From Phoronis australis (lineage: Eukaryota > Animalia > Phoronida): DNA of 64,000 bases. The DNA lies in contig NMRA01000549.1 of NCBI GenBank assembly GCA_002633005.1, positions 141,062 through 205,061 on the forward strand, in the 5' to 3' direction. The notes beneath the pieces are model-generated. The model ran no database searches, was not told where the DNA came from, and was given only the letters and a program-made list of their open reading frames with translations. A program made the translations under genes and the position numbers. Positions 26,004 to 40,549 of this stretch are shown here, one piece after another; position 1 is the first letter of the stretch; each line of letters starts with the position of its first letter.

Positions 26004-27576
26004 AAATAACTCACGCGGCGGACATTAAAATCCAAAGCGAGGCTCACTGCGATAAACAAAGCGGAAATTTACATTGCGTGAGTTAAATGGCCGGTCTTTC
26101 GAGTCCAACCTGGATATTAAATCTTAAAAATGTGTCGATAATTAACCACAGAGACGTAGAAAAATACATTAGAGAAAAGTCAATGCACAAAAGAGTTGTC
26201 TGACGAAAGGGTATAAGTTTTTTTTTGGAAAACTAGGTTCGAAACATGAAAAGTAAATATGACCAAACTGCGACGATCGTCACGGTATTGTTACGGATTA
26301 GGTATTATGCTAAATGCAGGGTTACGTTTCTTCTTGTAAATTGTTGATAAAAATGCTTTCTACACGAACCAGATCATCTGCTTGTATTTTTGACGGGTTG
26401 AAGATATATTCGACAATGGTGGCTCATCGCATTTTGCTGTCGTGTGCAATTAGTCACATCTGGTTTAATTAGTTGATCAAAAGTATTAACATCAAGCATA
26501 TAGCCTATGTCCTGGTGAGCTAGGGACTACCGGGACTGACCAGTTATTTGTCATTGATCTGAAAGAATAACTGATGTTATTAAATATATTTTTATTAAAA
26601 TAAAAATACAGGCTCGTAATTGAAAATAAAAATTATTTGACCACTTTATAAATTTTTTAAAAAATATAAAAAACGAGCACAGCCTCAGAAATCGCTTTCG
26701 CATTATATCCAGGTTCTCATTCACTCCCTTGCACACATTCACAAGTAATCATTTGACCATCAGTTCTGTTGTCTTGGTTTTATTAATTCTTATATACGTC
26801 TATTGCATGTGTTAGGTTTCAGATATCAATCTGGACCAAGTTGAATTTTAAAATTATAACTCGTTCGTCCAAAGCATTACCTTGTTTTTTAGCTCAATTT
26901 CAGTTAACTGCACATACAAAGAGCGGCCTAGTTCATCCGGGGAAAGGTGCTTGTGTGCCTTCGTGAGAGGGGTATTTTTTCGCCGAGTGAGGGAAAAAAT
27001 CTACCTCCCGATCATCATCGATAGCACACCCGCCCTGTGCTCTTTCAAATTGTCACCTGTGTGGATACAAAACTTCGGGGAGAACTTTTCAATCACTAGG
27101 GGAGTTTGTAGGTCGGCCTCGTGGGGGGAATTTCGGGGCATTTTTCAATATTTTTGAGAGGGGAATAGGGCTGATATTCGGCCCCAAAATCGAGGGATTG
27201 ACTGCCCTGTCTTTTCTGGAAAGAAACATGCATCATCTTTCAACTCGTAGTCATGAAAACACAGCCTGGCTGACCGAAGATTCTCCGGTCGTTGCTATGG
27301 CGCTCGGCAACCGAGATGCGAAAAAATATGATCTAACTTTCCGAAAACATTTATAAATTTTACACGGACATATTTTCCTTCGTCGCGCGTATGACAACGA
27401 CCCAACGCTTCCGATTCTCAACGTTCTCAGGGATTGTGAAACAGACAGTTGAGTGTCCGTATTTTTTCTAGCCGTTAGAGCAACGCGGAATACAACCAGT
27501 ATGCCGATAAGCCAACAGAGATATCGTAGCGAGCCTCGTTCTGGAACGCGCCTCCTGTCGGCGCGAATTAGGTCTA

Positions 27577-27646
27577 TAGTAGTAATAGTAGCAGAAGTAG
27601 TAGTAATAGAAGTAGTCGTAATACTAATTAGTAGTAGTCGTAGAAG
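27577..27646 (+). repeat. (AGT)n degenerate microsatellite
   Basis: Runs of tagtagtaatagtagcagaagtag. Confidence 0.8.
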
Positions 27647-28387
27647 CAGACAATTAGTAACGCCATAAATAGAGATGATGGCGGTCTCCGTCTTCGTCCA
27701 GTGCACAAGGCATTGTTTTCGACGTCACTCAACATCAAAGAGGAAGATATCAGCTATAGGACATCGAAATAATCTGAGGTAATTTTACATAATTTCTGAT
27801 GGGAGGTTGACAAGAATCGTGCTTCACTGTAGAAGATTGTATGTTAATTCGACTTTAAAAAACTTTCATACATGTAAACATTCGCCGAAGCGCTACTTCA
27901 TCTCGCAGCGCCTGATATAAAAGATATCTACGTCAATTCAAAACAAAACAAATTAACTTTGTCTACTTTGTTATGCCAAAACAGACAGGCAAATTCAAAG
28001 AATTTTACCTTTTCGATATAATGTAGGTATAGCAATTGTCATTGGCTAAAAGTTCTTTTAATAGGTAGCCGAGAGCTTGGTTCTGTGTGACGTCATCACC
28101 AGTTCCCTTTTTGGAGAACAAAAAAATCCAAATCTGGAGTTTTCACACTGAGCGTTCCAATAGGACAATTGAAGCGAGAACAGTATTGACACAAAAAACA
28201 GAATGGATCAAACTAAAGATAAGCGGTTAAGTTCCGGACAATTCAAACGTTGAAAGATTACTTTTACGTAAGATTACAATCTACACACATCTTGAAAAAT
28301 GTAAGCTGAGTTGTTATAACTGTCGATTTTTTCAGAGGTAAAAGAAATCTTACTTATTCGAATTTCGAGAACCTCCTAAAATTTCAT

Positions 28388-28560
28388 TGATGACGACAAC
28401 GATGATTACGAGTACGGCAGTAGAGAGCTTAATGATGATGATGATGATGATGAGATAAAGACAATGACGACGACGACGACGACTATGATGATGATGATGA
28501 TTACAAGGACAATTATGATAATGATTACCGTCCATGATGGCGACTGTAACTGCGATGACG
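28388..28560 (+). repeat. (GAT/GAC)n compound microsatellite
   Basis: gatgatgat and gacgacgac runs, with the core at 28433-28502. Confidence 0.85.
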
Positions 28561-29189
28561 GTTATAGCAGCAATCTCACCGCTACTTTCCGTCATGCGCT
28601 TCGTCTGCCAATAATACATTCTACAAGTGTTTCATGATTAACCAACTGACCCACTAAACTGGTACGTCTGCGTGCCATTCTGAGCTAATTCACCTTCTAT
28701 TTTGATGCCGCTTCCATCTTTTGTATACCCTTACACTAACATTACGTTTTCACTTAACTCGGTAACAGTATATATTGACATTTAACCACCACAAGCTATA
28801 TAAGCAGCAGAAGAGCGAACGGAAACGCCTGTAGTAAACCTCTTTAAAAGCGTAAGACATTTCACTGGAAGAAATGAGTTTGGGAAATAAAACCTTCGTA
28901 AATTCATGAAACGGCATAGTGAGGGAACGTGTCACCGAAGGTGTATTTCATGTTGACGTGGCTATAGTTGGGACGAATTCTCGACATTTAACGCGTGACT
29001 AGACGCCAGTAGGCAAGCAGTGAATCTGCCTAAGACTTTCACAGCCGCAGTTCATTTAGGCTTGTACTGTAATTGTTAAAACAGCTCTTATTTTAGGCTT
29101 AAGGGCCTGTCGACATTTACCGATATATCTGCAACGCAACTCCAATAATTGCTTTCGGCTGCGTCGAGATGGTTGTTGAAACTCCATCA

Positions 29190-30043
29190 TTGGCTGCTGG
29201 GGGAAAGTGTCGCCTCTACACTCGTAAATTACGGGCGTGAAGACACTTTTCACGCCCGTGATTAAGAGAGTAATAATTAAGTAGAATAAAAGATTAGGTT
29301 GCATGTTAGCTCGTAAAATTACGCTCGTCTATCACGTTAGTAAAACAACGAGCAAAAAACGACGGGTATAAATATTTCGTGGGTTAAGATTATTTTGGAC
29401 CTTAAAGACAAGTCTGAGCATTTTGCCAAATATCTCGTGTAAAAATTACATAATTTAACTCAGAGAATGTGTGCATTTTATGAAAGTAGAAAAACTGTAG
29501 AATTTGATTTTGACTTCATTCCAAACTACAATGGTCTTGTGACCATCTATCTTTTATTAAACTTTAGCAGAACAGAAAGGTAAATTTACAGCCAAATAAC
29601 TAATATACATGTATGACTAAATTTCATGTGATTTAAAAGTCCAGAATAAAATCTCAAAAACGTTTTTTAAGTTTTCTAAAGTTTCATGCAACTTTGAATT
29701 TTTGTCGTAAAATCATAAAATTCCTACTTTTCATAGTCTTTCCCGCAATAGTGGGGTATTTTAAAACTAATTTCCTAGAATTTGGCGAACGATGCAATAA
29801 GCAAATTATCTGAATGTTTCGTATGAATCCAATTGGACATTTCTTAAAATATAGTCGTAGACGGTCAAATTTGCACATTTTTCTAAGGTCCAACGTAACT
29901 GTCGAATCTCGTAATTTACGCTCGTATTTTCCGCTCGTGAAGTACGCTCGTAATTCAAGCTTATAAAATACGGGCGTGAAAAGTGTCCTTACGCCAGTAA
30001 TTACGAGCGTTGTTTCCGGCGACACGTTCCACCTAGCGGCCAA
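29190..30043. mobile_element. MITE with ~70-bp imperfect TIRs
   Basis: gtgtcgcc..ctcgtaaattacgggcgtgaagacacttttcacgcccg is mirrored by cgggcgtgaaaagtgtccttacgccagtaattacgag..ggcgacac. An inner ttggacctta/taaggtccaa-bounded segment (29395-29893) may be a nested element. Confidence 0.75.
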
Positions 30044-30903
30044 CAATAAAGCTCTGTTGTCCACTGAAAGCGATTCTTCAGCAACTCGTAACTGCTGACA
30101 TGACACTACCCGGTATTTCCTAATTTCCCTTCGGAAGTTTTTTATCTGCGCTAGAATGAATTTCGGACGTACGATAGCCGAATAATAGACAGAGAGAGCC
30201 GAACGCCTATGCGCCAGCGAAAAAGCACTAAAATTCCCGATTCATCAATGATTTTTTGTCAGGTATAAACGGTTCTTGTAAGAAATCAATTGTTCAGTTA
30301 AGATTGATGCAGATTGAATACTAAGAAGTCTCCATCATCCGAACCCAAACAGCAAAGTCCGTGACGATTTTTGTCAATCTGATGTAACCCTTAAATTAAG
30401 AAACTGTTGTCTGGGTGCATTTTAATGTAGGTTGGTGAAAATCAGACACGCCTATGTTTTTACATCAGTTAAAGTAGAAAGCACCTCAAACATGAGACTA
30501 TGGTTGCCGGAAATAAAAATGTTTAGTAGGTTAATCAACGCAACACCCGTTGATATCTGATTACAAATTTCCAGCTTCCGTCTTGTCTTAGCAGAGGCGT
30601 CTGCTCTTGGCGACATGACATGCAAATTGCAGCAACTCTCGCCGCTGACAGTCAAGCTATGAGTCTGCAGCTGCGATGTAACATGTTTAGCAACGTGTCG
30701 TCGTTCAACAGTAGCGCTTCAGACAAATACCTAATTGTGGACAGGCCTTTAGACAGTCAGTATGAAAGCTATATTTCAGTTTTACTCTCTGTTTTAGTGC
30801 GGAAACAAAAGCAGCAAGAGAGGTAAAACTTGGGTAGGGCTGATTCATTTGGCTGGTCCTGTGATTTTCTGAAGCATGTCTTATTCATAAACGAATTGCA
30901 GAA

Positions 30904-31706
30904 ATAGAGAATCCTTCACGAGTCTCAGGTTTCTGACATGGGCAAAACCTCTTAGAAATTTCGTCAAATACCGAGGGATTCTGACGAAATTTCCAAGAGA
31001 TTTTGCCCATGTCATGAATCTGAGACGAGTGTAGGATTTGTTTTCTCACATGAACCGAAAAAGTTAAAAGATCTTTTTTGCCAAAAAGTTCGACGTGTCT
31101 AAAACTTTCAACCACATGACGCAACTTTTGTAAGAATACGCTTTCGAAATGTAAAGTAATTCGGTTACTTTTTGTTAATAGTTTTTTTAAGCTTAACAAT
31201 TGTAAGTTGCATTCAGCTTTAGTAGCAAATATTCAAGTTAGAATCTAACAAATAGTCTTTAAAATGTAATATTAAAATTTAAAAAAAATGTTTATAAATA
31301 ACAGTCAGCAAGGCTTCCCCGCGCGTGAGCACTGAATTGACCTTGAGACAGCAAAGCTAGACTGTCTCGCCGCGTTTCTTGAGTTCGGGCTCGTCTCTGT
31401 TTGAATGAACGTGGATATGAAATTCACCGCCGAAGACGGGTCCGTTTAAGAAGTTGTTTGCATGTCCTTCCGACTGGAAGTAGCTACAATTGCGACACCC
31501 GATTTGTCAATCATGATCTTGTCACCTCGGAATTCCGGCATTGTTTGGTTGGCGCGCGTTTGGTTGTTTTAGTGTTTTGCAGACGATAAAATGTAAGGCG
31601 TATGGATTTTTACTTTGTACTACTTTGGGATTCGCTCATGTAATATCAAAAAATTACGTGCTCGGTGTTATTAACCAGTCGTGTCGTAACGCATTTCAGG
31701 TCATGT
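30904..31706 (-). mobile_element. Interspersed repeat, copy 2, with an intact subterminal ~130-bp hairpin
   Basis: Reverse-complement homology to 8709-9437. Inverted arms at 30910-30967 and ~30979-31038. Confidence 0.85.
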
Positions 31707-32372
31707 GAAAATTATGGTTCTATGATAATGATTATGTAAAATAGAATACGGATTCCAATGTGGTGAAAGGTTTGATTCTGTTTTTTCGGCAGCCTGAGCC
31801 GAATGAGATGCACTTTAAAATTGATCATAATATAGTTGACACTAGTTAGCATTCACATATTCTGGTAGCGACGTTTACAGAAGGCGAAATCTAGAGAAAT
31901 AAACAGTTCCGTCATGCGTTACGTGTGGAGTAGCACGTCCGCCGCTAAGCAAAGGATAGCAACTGTTCAACATATGGGCTGCGAATGAAAATATTCGGTA
32001 TATTTCGTTGTAGCGTCTAATTTGAAAGCGACTACAAACCCAACTTCTGTCAAAAATAGCTCTTGATTTAAACCTTCACTACTTAGTGATAAAGCTGTTC
32101 TTAAACAGTTTCCTTAAGCAGATTACTGAACATATCCCTGGGCTTGGTAAAAACAAGCGCTGTTTGTTATTGGTTGAGAACGTGTTCAGTAATGCGGCTT
32201 GCTACTGATGATCATTTTATGCGCTCAAGATGGTCGCAAGAAATAAGGACTTGCCCAGAAATCACTCAAGTCGTGTGTGTAAGACGAAAGTGACAGTAGT
32301 ATTATAGCGGTGCGCAGTCTAAACCAAACGATAGTTTTGTTGACATGTGGTGGGTTTATAACCACTTAAAGT

Positions 32373-32443
32373 CATGGGCGGCGCACCATAGGGGGCGGGG
32401 GGGGGCAAAGCCCCCCACTTTTTTCAGTGCTGCGCCGCCCATG
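32373..32443 (+). mobile_element. Tiny MITE, 71 bp, perfect 13-bp TIR CATGGGCGGCGCA, 5-bp TSD AAAGT
   Basis: aaagt|catgggcggcgca...tgcgccgcccatg|aaagt. Confidence 0.9.
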
Positions 32444-35400
32444 AAAGTGGATTATTTGCAAAGGAATTGCCATTAACTTGTAGGTTGTAGATAACGTAAT
32501 GCTTTTTGTCAATCACGTGATCTTCTCCTTCACTTCTGTGTGACATACTTTGAACCTAAATGCACACGTTTTTAAACCTTATTAACTGGTTAGACGAAGT
32601 TATGTTGAACCAAGCACTACCTTTCCCATAACCAATGCACAATTCGTAGTCGAAGAAAGTTTAAATAAACGCGCCACTTATGATTCCGACCCGAAGAACA
32701 CACCGCCCTTTTGAACTAACCGCCAAACCGGAAGTATAATCCGTTCTAATCAGGAACTCAGGCTCAAGAACGCTGGCGGTGCGACTGCAGCAGTGTCTGT
32801 TATCAGCCTGCAAACCGGGATAAAATAATCAACAGCGTACCCTAACTTTGATAAAACCAAACTAGGGACAATTTGTACTGAAATTGTTGACAAAATGTGA
32901 CACATACATTTTGACAGAAATTATTTTGCCGGACTCGGAACGGCAGCCAACTTGGTCATGATGACCCGGTGCAGATCGAGACCAGCACTGGCGAAAGGCG
33001 AAGGCATGCGGTTGCCGGTTGTTTTATTGGAATAAATGGTTCAAATCATAAAAGCCGTAAACATAGTTGCAGACGCTTACGGACTAGTCACAGTCCTGTG
33101 AATAAAAAGGTCGACTATGGCAACTAGGCTAAGCGTGTTTCATGAAGGTGTAATTAACTCTGGTAAATAAACAGTATAAACATAACAACGTACATGCAAT
33201 ATTAAAACAACGGAATAAAATTGCTTTTCAGTTACAATTTCCTAATAATAAAAATTTGCGAAGATAAACTTAGCCAGGGAAACTAAGATACCGGTGGTCT
33301 CCCGCGACTTCCGTTACGGCCGACCGGGCGGTTGACGGCCAACAATGAACGACAGAATACTATTTGGTGGTGAAATAACTTCAGAAAGAAAACTTGGCAT
33401 GGTGCCAAATAGTATAACATAAGTATTAATGAGTTTAAAACAAAAGCAATAATTCCCACTCAACCAGAAGCATTCGTTTAAGTTAGTAACCGTCGGAGCC
33501 CGACCTCCTGGCCTGCGGACATTGTGCTCCGCGGCACAAGATGAACACAGTAAATAGCTGCCCGGGCCTTGAATGGGTGAAATTCGTGTGACAAAGAGAT
33601 TACGTCACGCTCCTAACTCTGCAATATTTTCCCATTGCCGACAATCAGCTCATTGACTGAAATTCATTAGACTCCNCGTTTTTGCGTTTTCAACAGCGGA
33701 ATTGATTTAGACAACAGAGGTATTTATTGTAAGTTTTCATCACGTTTTAAGATGTATTTTCCATAATAATTGAAAATCAAAGCCAATTTACCAAGTGATT
33801 ATTTTTTCGGCAGAGTCACGGCATCTGCAGGGGAATTGCGCATTATTGCAATTGAGGTGTGGAGCTCACTATTTTGAGAGAAAACTTGTTGAAACAACGA
33901 AGTATTTCTGCTATTCTGACGTGAAAAAGTTTGATAAACTGGACAAATGCCCGTGGATGTGTGAGGTGAATTTCTTCGCCTTCCCGACATCAATGGGCCT
34001 GATTTCCAAAACCAGGTGTAATCCGGGATGGCCCTATTCGATGTTTTCGTTTCATGTTTTCAGATACAAAATCATAAAAGTCCTATTTTTATAGCCTCTC
34101 ATTCAAACGTGTAACTCTTTAAGAACAATTCCCAACATCGTTTAGGGAATAGAGCATAAATCACAAAAACTGAAAGTAAAGTTAGTTTCATGTGAATAGG
34201 ATCAACCATTTTTGAGATATGGTGTTCCGAAGTTAGCCAAATTTGTGCATTCATTTTCTAGGGTCATATCCTAAAATAGACATTCACTTTAACAAATTCA
34301 CAGTGGCAGTGTCTTTCTATGCCCGCTCACCGTGTTTGTTACATGTATGTCAGAAAATTACTGAACTTGCCAGCACTGATGGAGAACTAATTATTAAACT
34401 AAGCTCTTACAATTCATTCTAATGAAAAGTAACGAAACAAGTTTTCAGAAGGGATACGCGTTGGCAACGATTCTGCATCAGAGAGCACTTTCTGAGACCA
34501 GTTCTGGTTAAACAAAATTATTGATAAAATTTGAAAATACGTTTTATTTGTTTTCAGCTTCCATTGACAAAATTTTACCATGTCATTTTTTAATACTAGA
34601 CGTATTTTTTCCAGGATTACTGCTTTCAGAAATGATTTGTGAACATCAGGCACGGGTATCATTCACGCACCGAGGAAAAAATTGTGAACACGTATTCTAC
34701 TGTAGTTGCGATTAATTTCTATGAGAAACCCTATATACTAATAATAATCTGTGTAGCTGAAGCATACGCTTTGAACAAATTTTTTTCTCAGTAGTTAAGT
34801 TTCGAGTTTGAAGATTTCCATCCCGACTTCAAATCGTTTGGCAGTCCGAGTACGTCGTTGATTCGACATCTTCGTTCTTAAAGTGGAGGAGTGGTATTTG
34901 TATTCCGTTCAAAACAGATAATTATATGGATGAGGCCAAAGTCTGGTGCGAGGCATACATGTAAGTGTAGGGCAATGTTAAGTGTTATTGGTGTACAGCT
35001 GGTGTTGAATAAACAACTGCTTATTCATATATATATATATTGCTACCAGCTGTGCACTCTAATCCTCTACTGCAAATCACGAGTATAGTTGTTACGTTAT
35101 GATACTGGTTTAGACCTCATCTATACCGTTTCCAATTAATTAGACGCGATTTGTCGTTACTCCAGTCGATCGACGGTGGAGCCGTCTAAAACTTAACTAC
35201 TGTACCATTTACATCACATATACGCCTCCAATCCTTTGTAAGAGTGGCAGATAAAGGCTTATTTAATCAACGACATCTCAAAATCGCTTATACCGCGAAT
35301 ACATTTTTAAAGCACGAGATAAATGCTCACTTAAGATTAAGCGAACATGAAATTAAGCCGATCCTATTTTGACACAAATATGATATCTATAGACAAACAC

Positions 35401-38400
35401 ACTTCAGGGATGAAACCTACTCCTATAGGAAAAAATCTTACCTGTGACGCAAAACAGTCGTAATCCACAAAAGAACGCTTCAACAGCCTATTGCTGAGTG
35501 AGAGATTATTTTCCTGTAACCTGCCTCAGATCAAGTTACGATCCGGAAAACAACCTACATGAAGTTTGAACTGGCCGCTCGTCAGATCAACACTCTCTTC
35601 TGATGATGAGCAAAAAAGTTTGCGGTTAGCCTTTTAATTAAAAAACGTTCTGTCGGAGTTTAAAAATAGAATTGCCCCTTCTTGCTAAAGGAAGTTTCGG
35701 GTAATCCATCGGAACTATTTAATAAACGTAACTTCTAGTTTTCTAGTAGCAATGTACAATAGACCAGGCTGCAGGGTAAATGCATTTTGGAATCTTACTG
35801 AAATTGTCCTTTGAATATTTACTCCGATAAACAGAGAATCAAGTCCCGACACCGCTGTTCGAAAATTCTTAGCGAGTGGAATCAATAAAATCTTCGACGG
35901 CACTTACATGTACGCCGCTTGAGCAATATACCTTTATATAATGCTTTCAGTAATCTTCAAAAGAGCTTCTCTCACTCTTTTTACTGTGTGAATGTGAGTG
36001 ACGATGATGTTTAATCTTTTTAAAATCGTTAGGCCAGTTAAAGTCTTGTTTTCCCTGCCCCGCTCTGAGAGCGATTGTTATCATCTTACAACTCTTCTTC
36101 GCGACAGGAAATTATCAGTTGCTCGGCGGTGTCGACCGCTGATTGAATCCGATTTCAACTTAGCCTAGAAACCTTAGATATTTCTGTCTGTTTAAATCAT
36201 CTTGTTGGTTATTGCTCAAGGCCATAGATTCAAGTACTTTATTAACCTATTAACCCAACATAGAAGGCATGGACGTGGCAACTACTGTTAACCTTATCAA
36301 AAATGAGCAGTCCTTGTTAATTGCTATTATTTTGGATCGGACAGGCCTTGGCTCCATTCTTGTCATCCTGTGTTTTGTCAGGGAACAACTTCGCTTTCTC
36401 TGGGTGGCTGGACACATCTTCATGAATTTAACATCCGAAAAGCCACCGCATTTCAAGTTGCACATTTTTTAAAAAGCAGACCTTTATAACCTCTTAATAT
36501 AACATTATTTAGCAAGAGGTGGCGCTGCATGATGCTTCTTTAGCCAGAGACAAGCTCAGGAACTCAGAAGGAGCAGAACTATATTAAATTGGCTGCCTCC
36601 ATACGTGAAGTGCTTTGGGTGAATACTACATACATTTTCAAACATTTTAATTTAAAAATTCTTCTGGGCCTGGGGTCTAACCTCTGCCCCAGAAATCGAA
36701 CTCAAAAATAATAATGACGTTTTTCGAGCTACTTTAGTGTGCGAACTGTTCGAGATTAGTGTATAGTATTCTGTGCTCGAGTACACACTGGTTTACTTGG
36801 ATGACTTTGCACTTGATAGTCCGAGCAATGAAGCTATAATTTCTAGTCTGAACTCTAAATCTCGTGTATTTACTCGAGTTTGTATCACGAAAAGAGGGTT
36901 ATAACACCGGCGTTCGATTTTACAGTCCAGTCAGCTGGTTTTGAAGTCCTGGCAAGTGGTTTTGAAGTCTGACTAATTGTTGATTCCTCCCTTGTAAAAG
37001 AAATCAAGTAAATGTTAAATGCTGGGATTTTTTAGTGTTCATAAAACCATGTTCATAATCATACTGAATGGTAAAAAATGAATTTTATACTGAGATAATC
37101 TTCTGCTTTCCAGTTCTGTTGATATCCATTACAAACAATGCGAGCTTCACCAAATATCTTTTTTTAAAGTTTAAACTTATGTGTTCGTGCAGTGGTTTTC
37201 ACAGCAGTGATTTTCTGTCACTTACATGTAAGGATGTGATAAACATTCTACCTCTAAATGGTCGCCACTAAATTGACTTGATGACAAATGTATGTATACC
37301 TATACATACATATATGTATTTTTGTAATTCTTTTTTTAAATTGCGCACACTTTAGATTGTTTCCGTAATCAAAATATTTTCCCTCAATATTTTCATTATC
37401 ATCAATGACACTTTAAACCGCTTGACACACCGTTATATTTTGTCTACTTTTGAAGCATGCTCAGTTTAACAAAATCTATAAAAAGTTAGATTTAATCTTT
37501 TAGAACATCCATGCTGACGTTTTTAGAGACTATTGGTGAACAAATTGTGCAATATACAAAATGACCAAACTTGCAAAATATTTTCATTAACATAGCAAAA
37601 ATTCATTTTAAGCTCAGTTTTGAAATCAAATGTAATATGTTCTTTTTTATACAAAAAATGTTTGGTAAGTTTTATTTTGGCTCCATTGTGATATGTCCAG
37701 GTACCTATATTTTCAGAACCCATGAAACCCCAATCGGTGTTCCCTTCTCCCAATGTTCCCAGGTAGGTTACAGCTGTTCTCTTTGCCCACTGTTTCCGTC
37801 TTTCACCCATCCAGACATTCTCCTGGTTCAAAATCCATGGTCCCTGATGTTCAACCTTTCCGATGTCTCACGGGATCAGTGATAACTGGTCCCGTTACTA
37901 TTTGGGTGTCATTTTAAGTTTCCTTTATACCTTGCAGTCAGAAGTATTTTATTAGTCGTCTATTAATCCGATATTAAAACTTTCACGTTTGCCAATGAAC
38001 GTGTATTCTGGCTAAATGTTTTTCGTGTTTTTAAACAAAAGCATCTACCCCCCCCCCAGGAGTAATTGGTATATGGTGGATGTTATGCAGTTACTGACTT
38101 TTATACCGAAGTCAATACGTTTTCAGACCCCAAAATGTGATGAAAACCAATGTCATACAACAATCAAATTTATCCAGCGGATAAGTTTTAAGTTTTATGC
38201 AACTCAGTACTTGGCCACACAATCAAAACTTTCCTACCATCATATCATCTCTCAGCAGAAAATAAAATTCAGTAATTTATTACGAAATTCGTGGAACAGT
38301 CGAAATCAGTATGCATCGCATTGAAGACCTTGAGGAGTCTTTTGAGTTATTTTATTTGTTGCCGAATGTCTGAGTGATTTCTAGCAATACAGTGTATGTC

Positions 38401-40473
38401 AGTATAATGACAGCAGAGTTTGAAAACGACTGGAGACACGCAATCAAATATAACTTAGGCCCCTCAAAGTTAAGGACCGATATAGCCACACTGAGTTCTA
38501 CTAACGCTCGTCAGAAAGGAATCTCAAACCACTTGACAGATGTCTGATCAAATACTGGATAATAGTAGTGCGCCGAACTAATATACGCAATAGTAACGAT
38601 CACATGGGCATGTTCACAAGATGAGAAGAGACGATGCGGATGCTCCGTGCACTCAGTCCATCACTGAATGTGACCAGGTGCATTACTAATTATAACAAAA
38701 GCGCGTGCTCTCACATTTTCCACAGTTGCACCCCCGACCACGGACTTGCCCTTTTACTCACATTGCGTCCGCTCTGCGTACATTAGCGCATCTCACCGGC
38801 CGCAAAACCCAAATTGTGACAGTAATTGCTCCTTGAACACATTCAATCAATGCCAACACAGGGGAATTAATTCAGAAGTTATCAAGCACATAAGTATCAT
38901 CATTATTAAATTTCCCAAAAGGGAGATCAAGTCGGTTATGGCACGCTAGCCCGGATTTTTGCCTTCAAAGGCAGATGGGGATTTAAGTACGATAAATCGG
39001 CCCAGAGGACTATTCATGATAACGTCATGTTTTTAATTGTGCGATTAGATTGAGCACTATAGATGTGAGTTAATAATTACGATACAAAGTAGAAATTTAG
39101 CGTCGCTGTTCATTTGTCTTGTTAGATTCAAGTGGTTAGTTAGTTATTTCGTCATTTATTCACCCATTCTCTTACATTCTTCTCTGTAAGCATGAATTTG
39201 CTTGTATCAATTTATTATTTGTTAATTGCATTTTTGTAAATACGCCAGTCGGCGATCCCTAGGCATGATTATTTTATGCGACTCAATGTGTTTGGTTCGT
39301 GAGTGACGTCAACGGCATCCAAATTTGACTCGCTTTGAGCAGGGCTACAGAGTCCAGACAGCATAAACTAAGGTAACAGGTATTCTCAAAATAGTAACAA
39401 GTTAAAATGTAAATTAAAAAGCAAACGAACATGCAGCTCTGGCCTATCTGTGACCCAGATTACCCTAATTATATAGGTCGCTCAAGAAATTTCGAAATAC
39501 AAGAAAGATACTATTATGAAATTAATTAACAGTGAGACCTTCAGTAAAAAATAATCATTTATAAACAAGACCAATTTACTTAACTGCACTGTTATCCATA
39601 AAAAAGGAACTTCTACTTTGTGAGTAACTTATTTACCACAGGAAAACCTATTCGTGGTGAGTAGGACACCGGTATAGTATTTGCCATTTGACTTGGGTAA
39701 TGATTTTGGTAACAGGTAAAAGCACAGCTGCCATTCAGCTGCACAGGCGCATTGTTTGCATTGTGTCGCTAGCTCACAATGTCGCACTTCCGGTACACTT
39801 CCGGTACAGTTCCGGATGAAAGACTCGCTCATTTTTTTGTATCGCTTTTCACCGATTTGGACTAAAAATGTCAAGTTAACTTTCACAAAGTTAAACGCAA
39901 CAAAACGGACCAAAATGCTTTCGTTAGGAAACAACACGCACCGTAATACGTCTGGATTCTCAACACTCACAAACATCCAGAATTAGGCTATACTTGAATA
40001 GATTGCGTATAGATTCTCAGTGCCAACGTAAAAAGTGGATCAAACACAATACACATAGCTTAACATAACCGCTAGTGAATCCAAGAAAGAGTAAGTGAAA
40101 AATTTAAGATCGTAGAGACAGTATTTAGTTTACAGACGATCAGCTTTTCCGGCGTATCTTTAACCCTTCACAGTGGGTATTTGCGGAATATTATCTGCTG
40201 ATTTCAGACAGAGCTTACTAAGCTGTGGCCGTGTACTCGTGCATGAATGAGAGCATACTCGACACGGTTGGTTTGTCAAAATCAGTCATCCCTTTTACGC
40301 TATCCCAAGGCGATAATAAACGGTTGTTTGTGTTGATAACGGAATCCGATGCTGAGAGTTTCAAAGTCTAGTGAGGCCTTATACCCGGAGCATCAGACTG
40401 TCGTGGTTACTAACTTGAAAAATTTTGTCATTTTAAAAAAACTGTTGAAAAGGTTTAGGAGAATATATTCAGT

Positions 40474-40549
40474 TGAAAAGGCTCAAAAATGCGTATTGAA
40501 AAGGCACAGAAATGCGTATTGAAAAGGCCCAGAAATGCGCACTGAAAAA
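40474..40549 (+). repeat. 23-bp tandem repeat x3
   Basis: The unit tgaaaaggcncagaaatgcgtat is repeated. Confidence 0.8.

Noticed and set aside
28350-28619. His/Arg/Ile-run ORF
   Set aside because: It is a product of the GAT/GAC microsatellite.
33676-33676. Ambiguous base n (also at 58462)
   Set aside because: This is an assembly or consensus ambiguity, not a biological feature.
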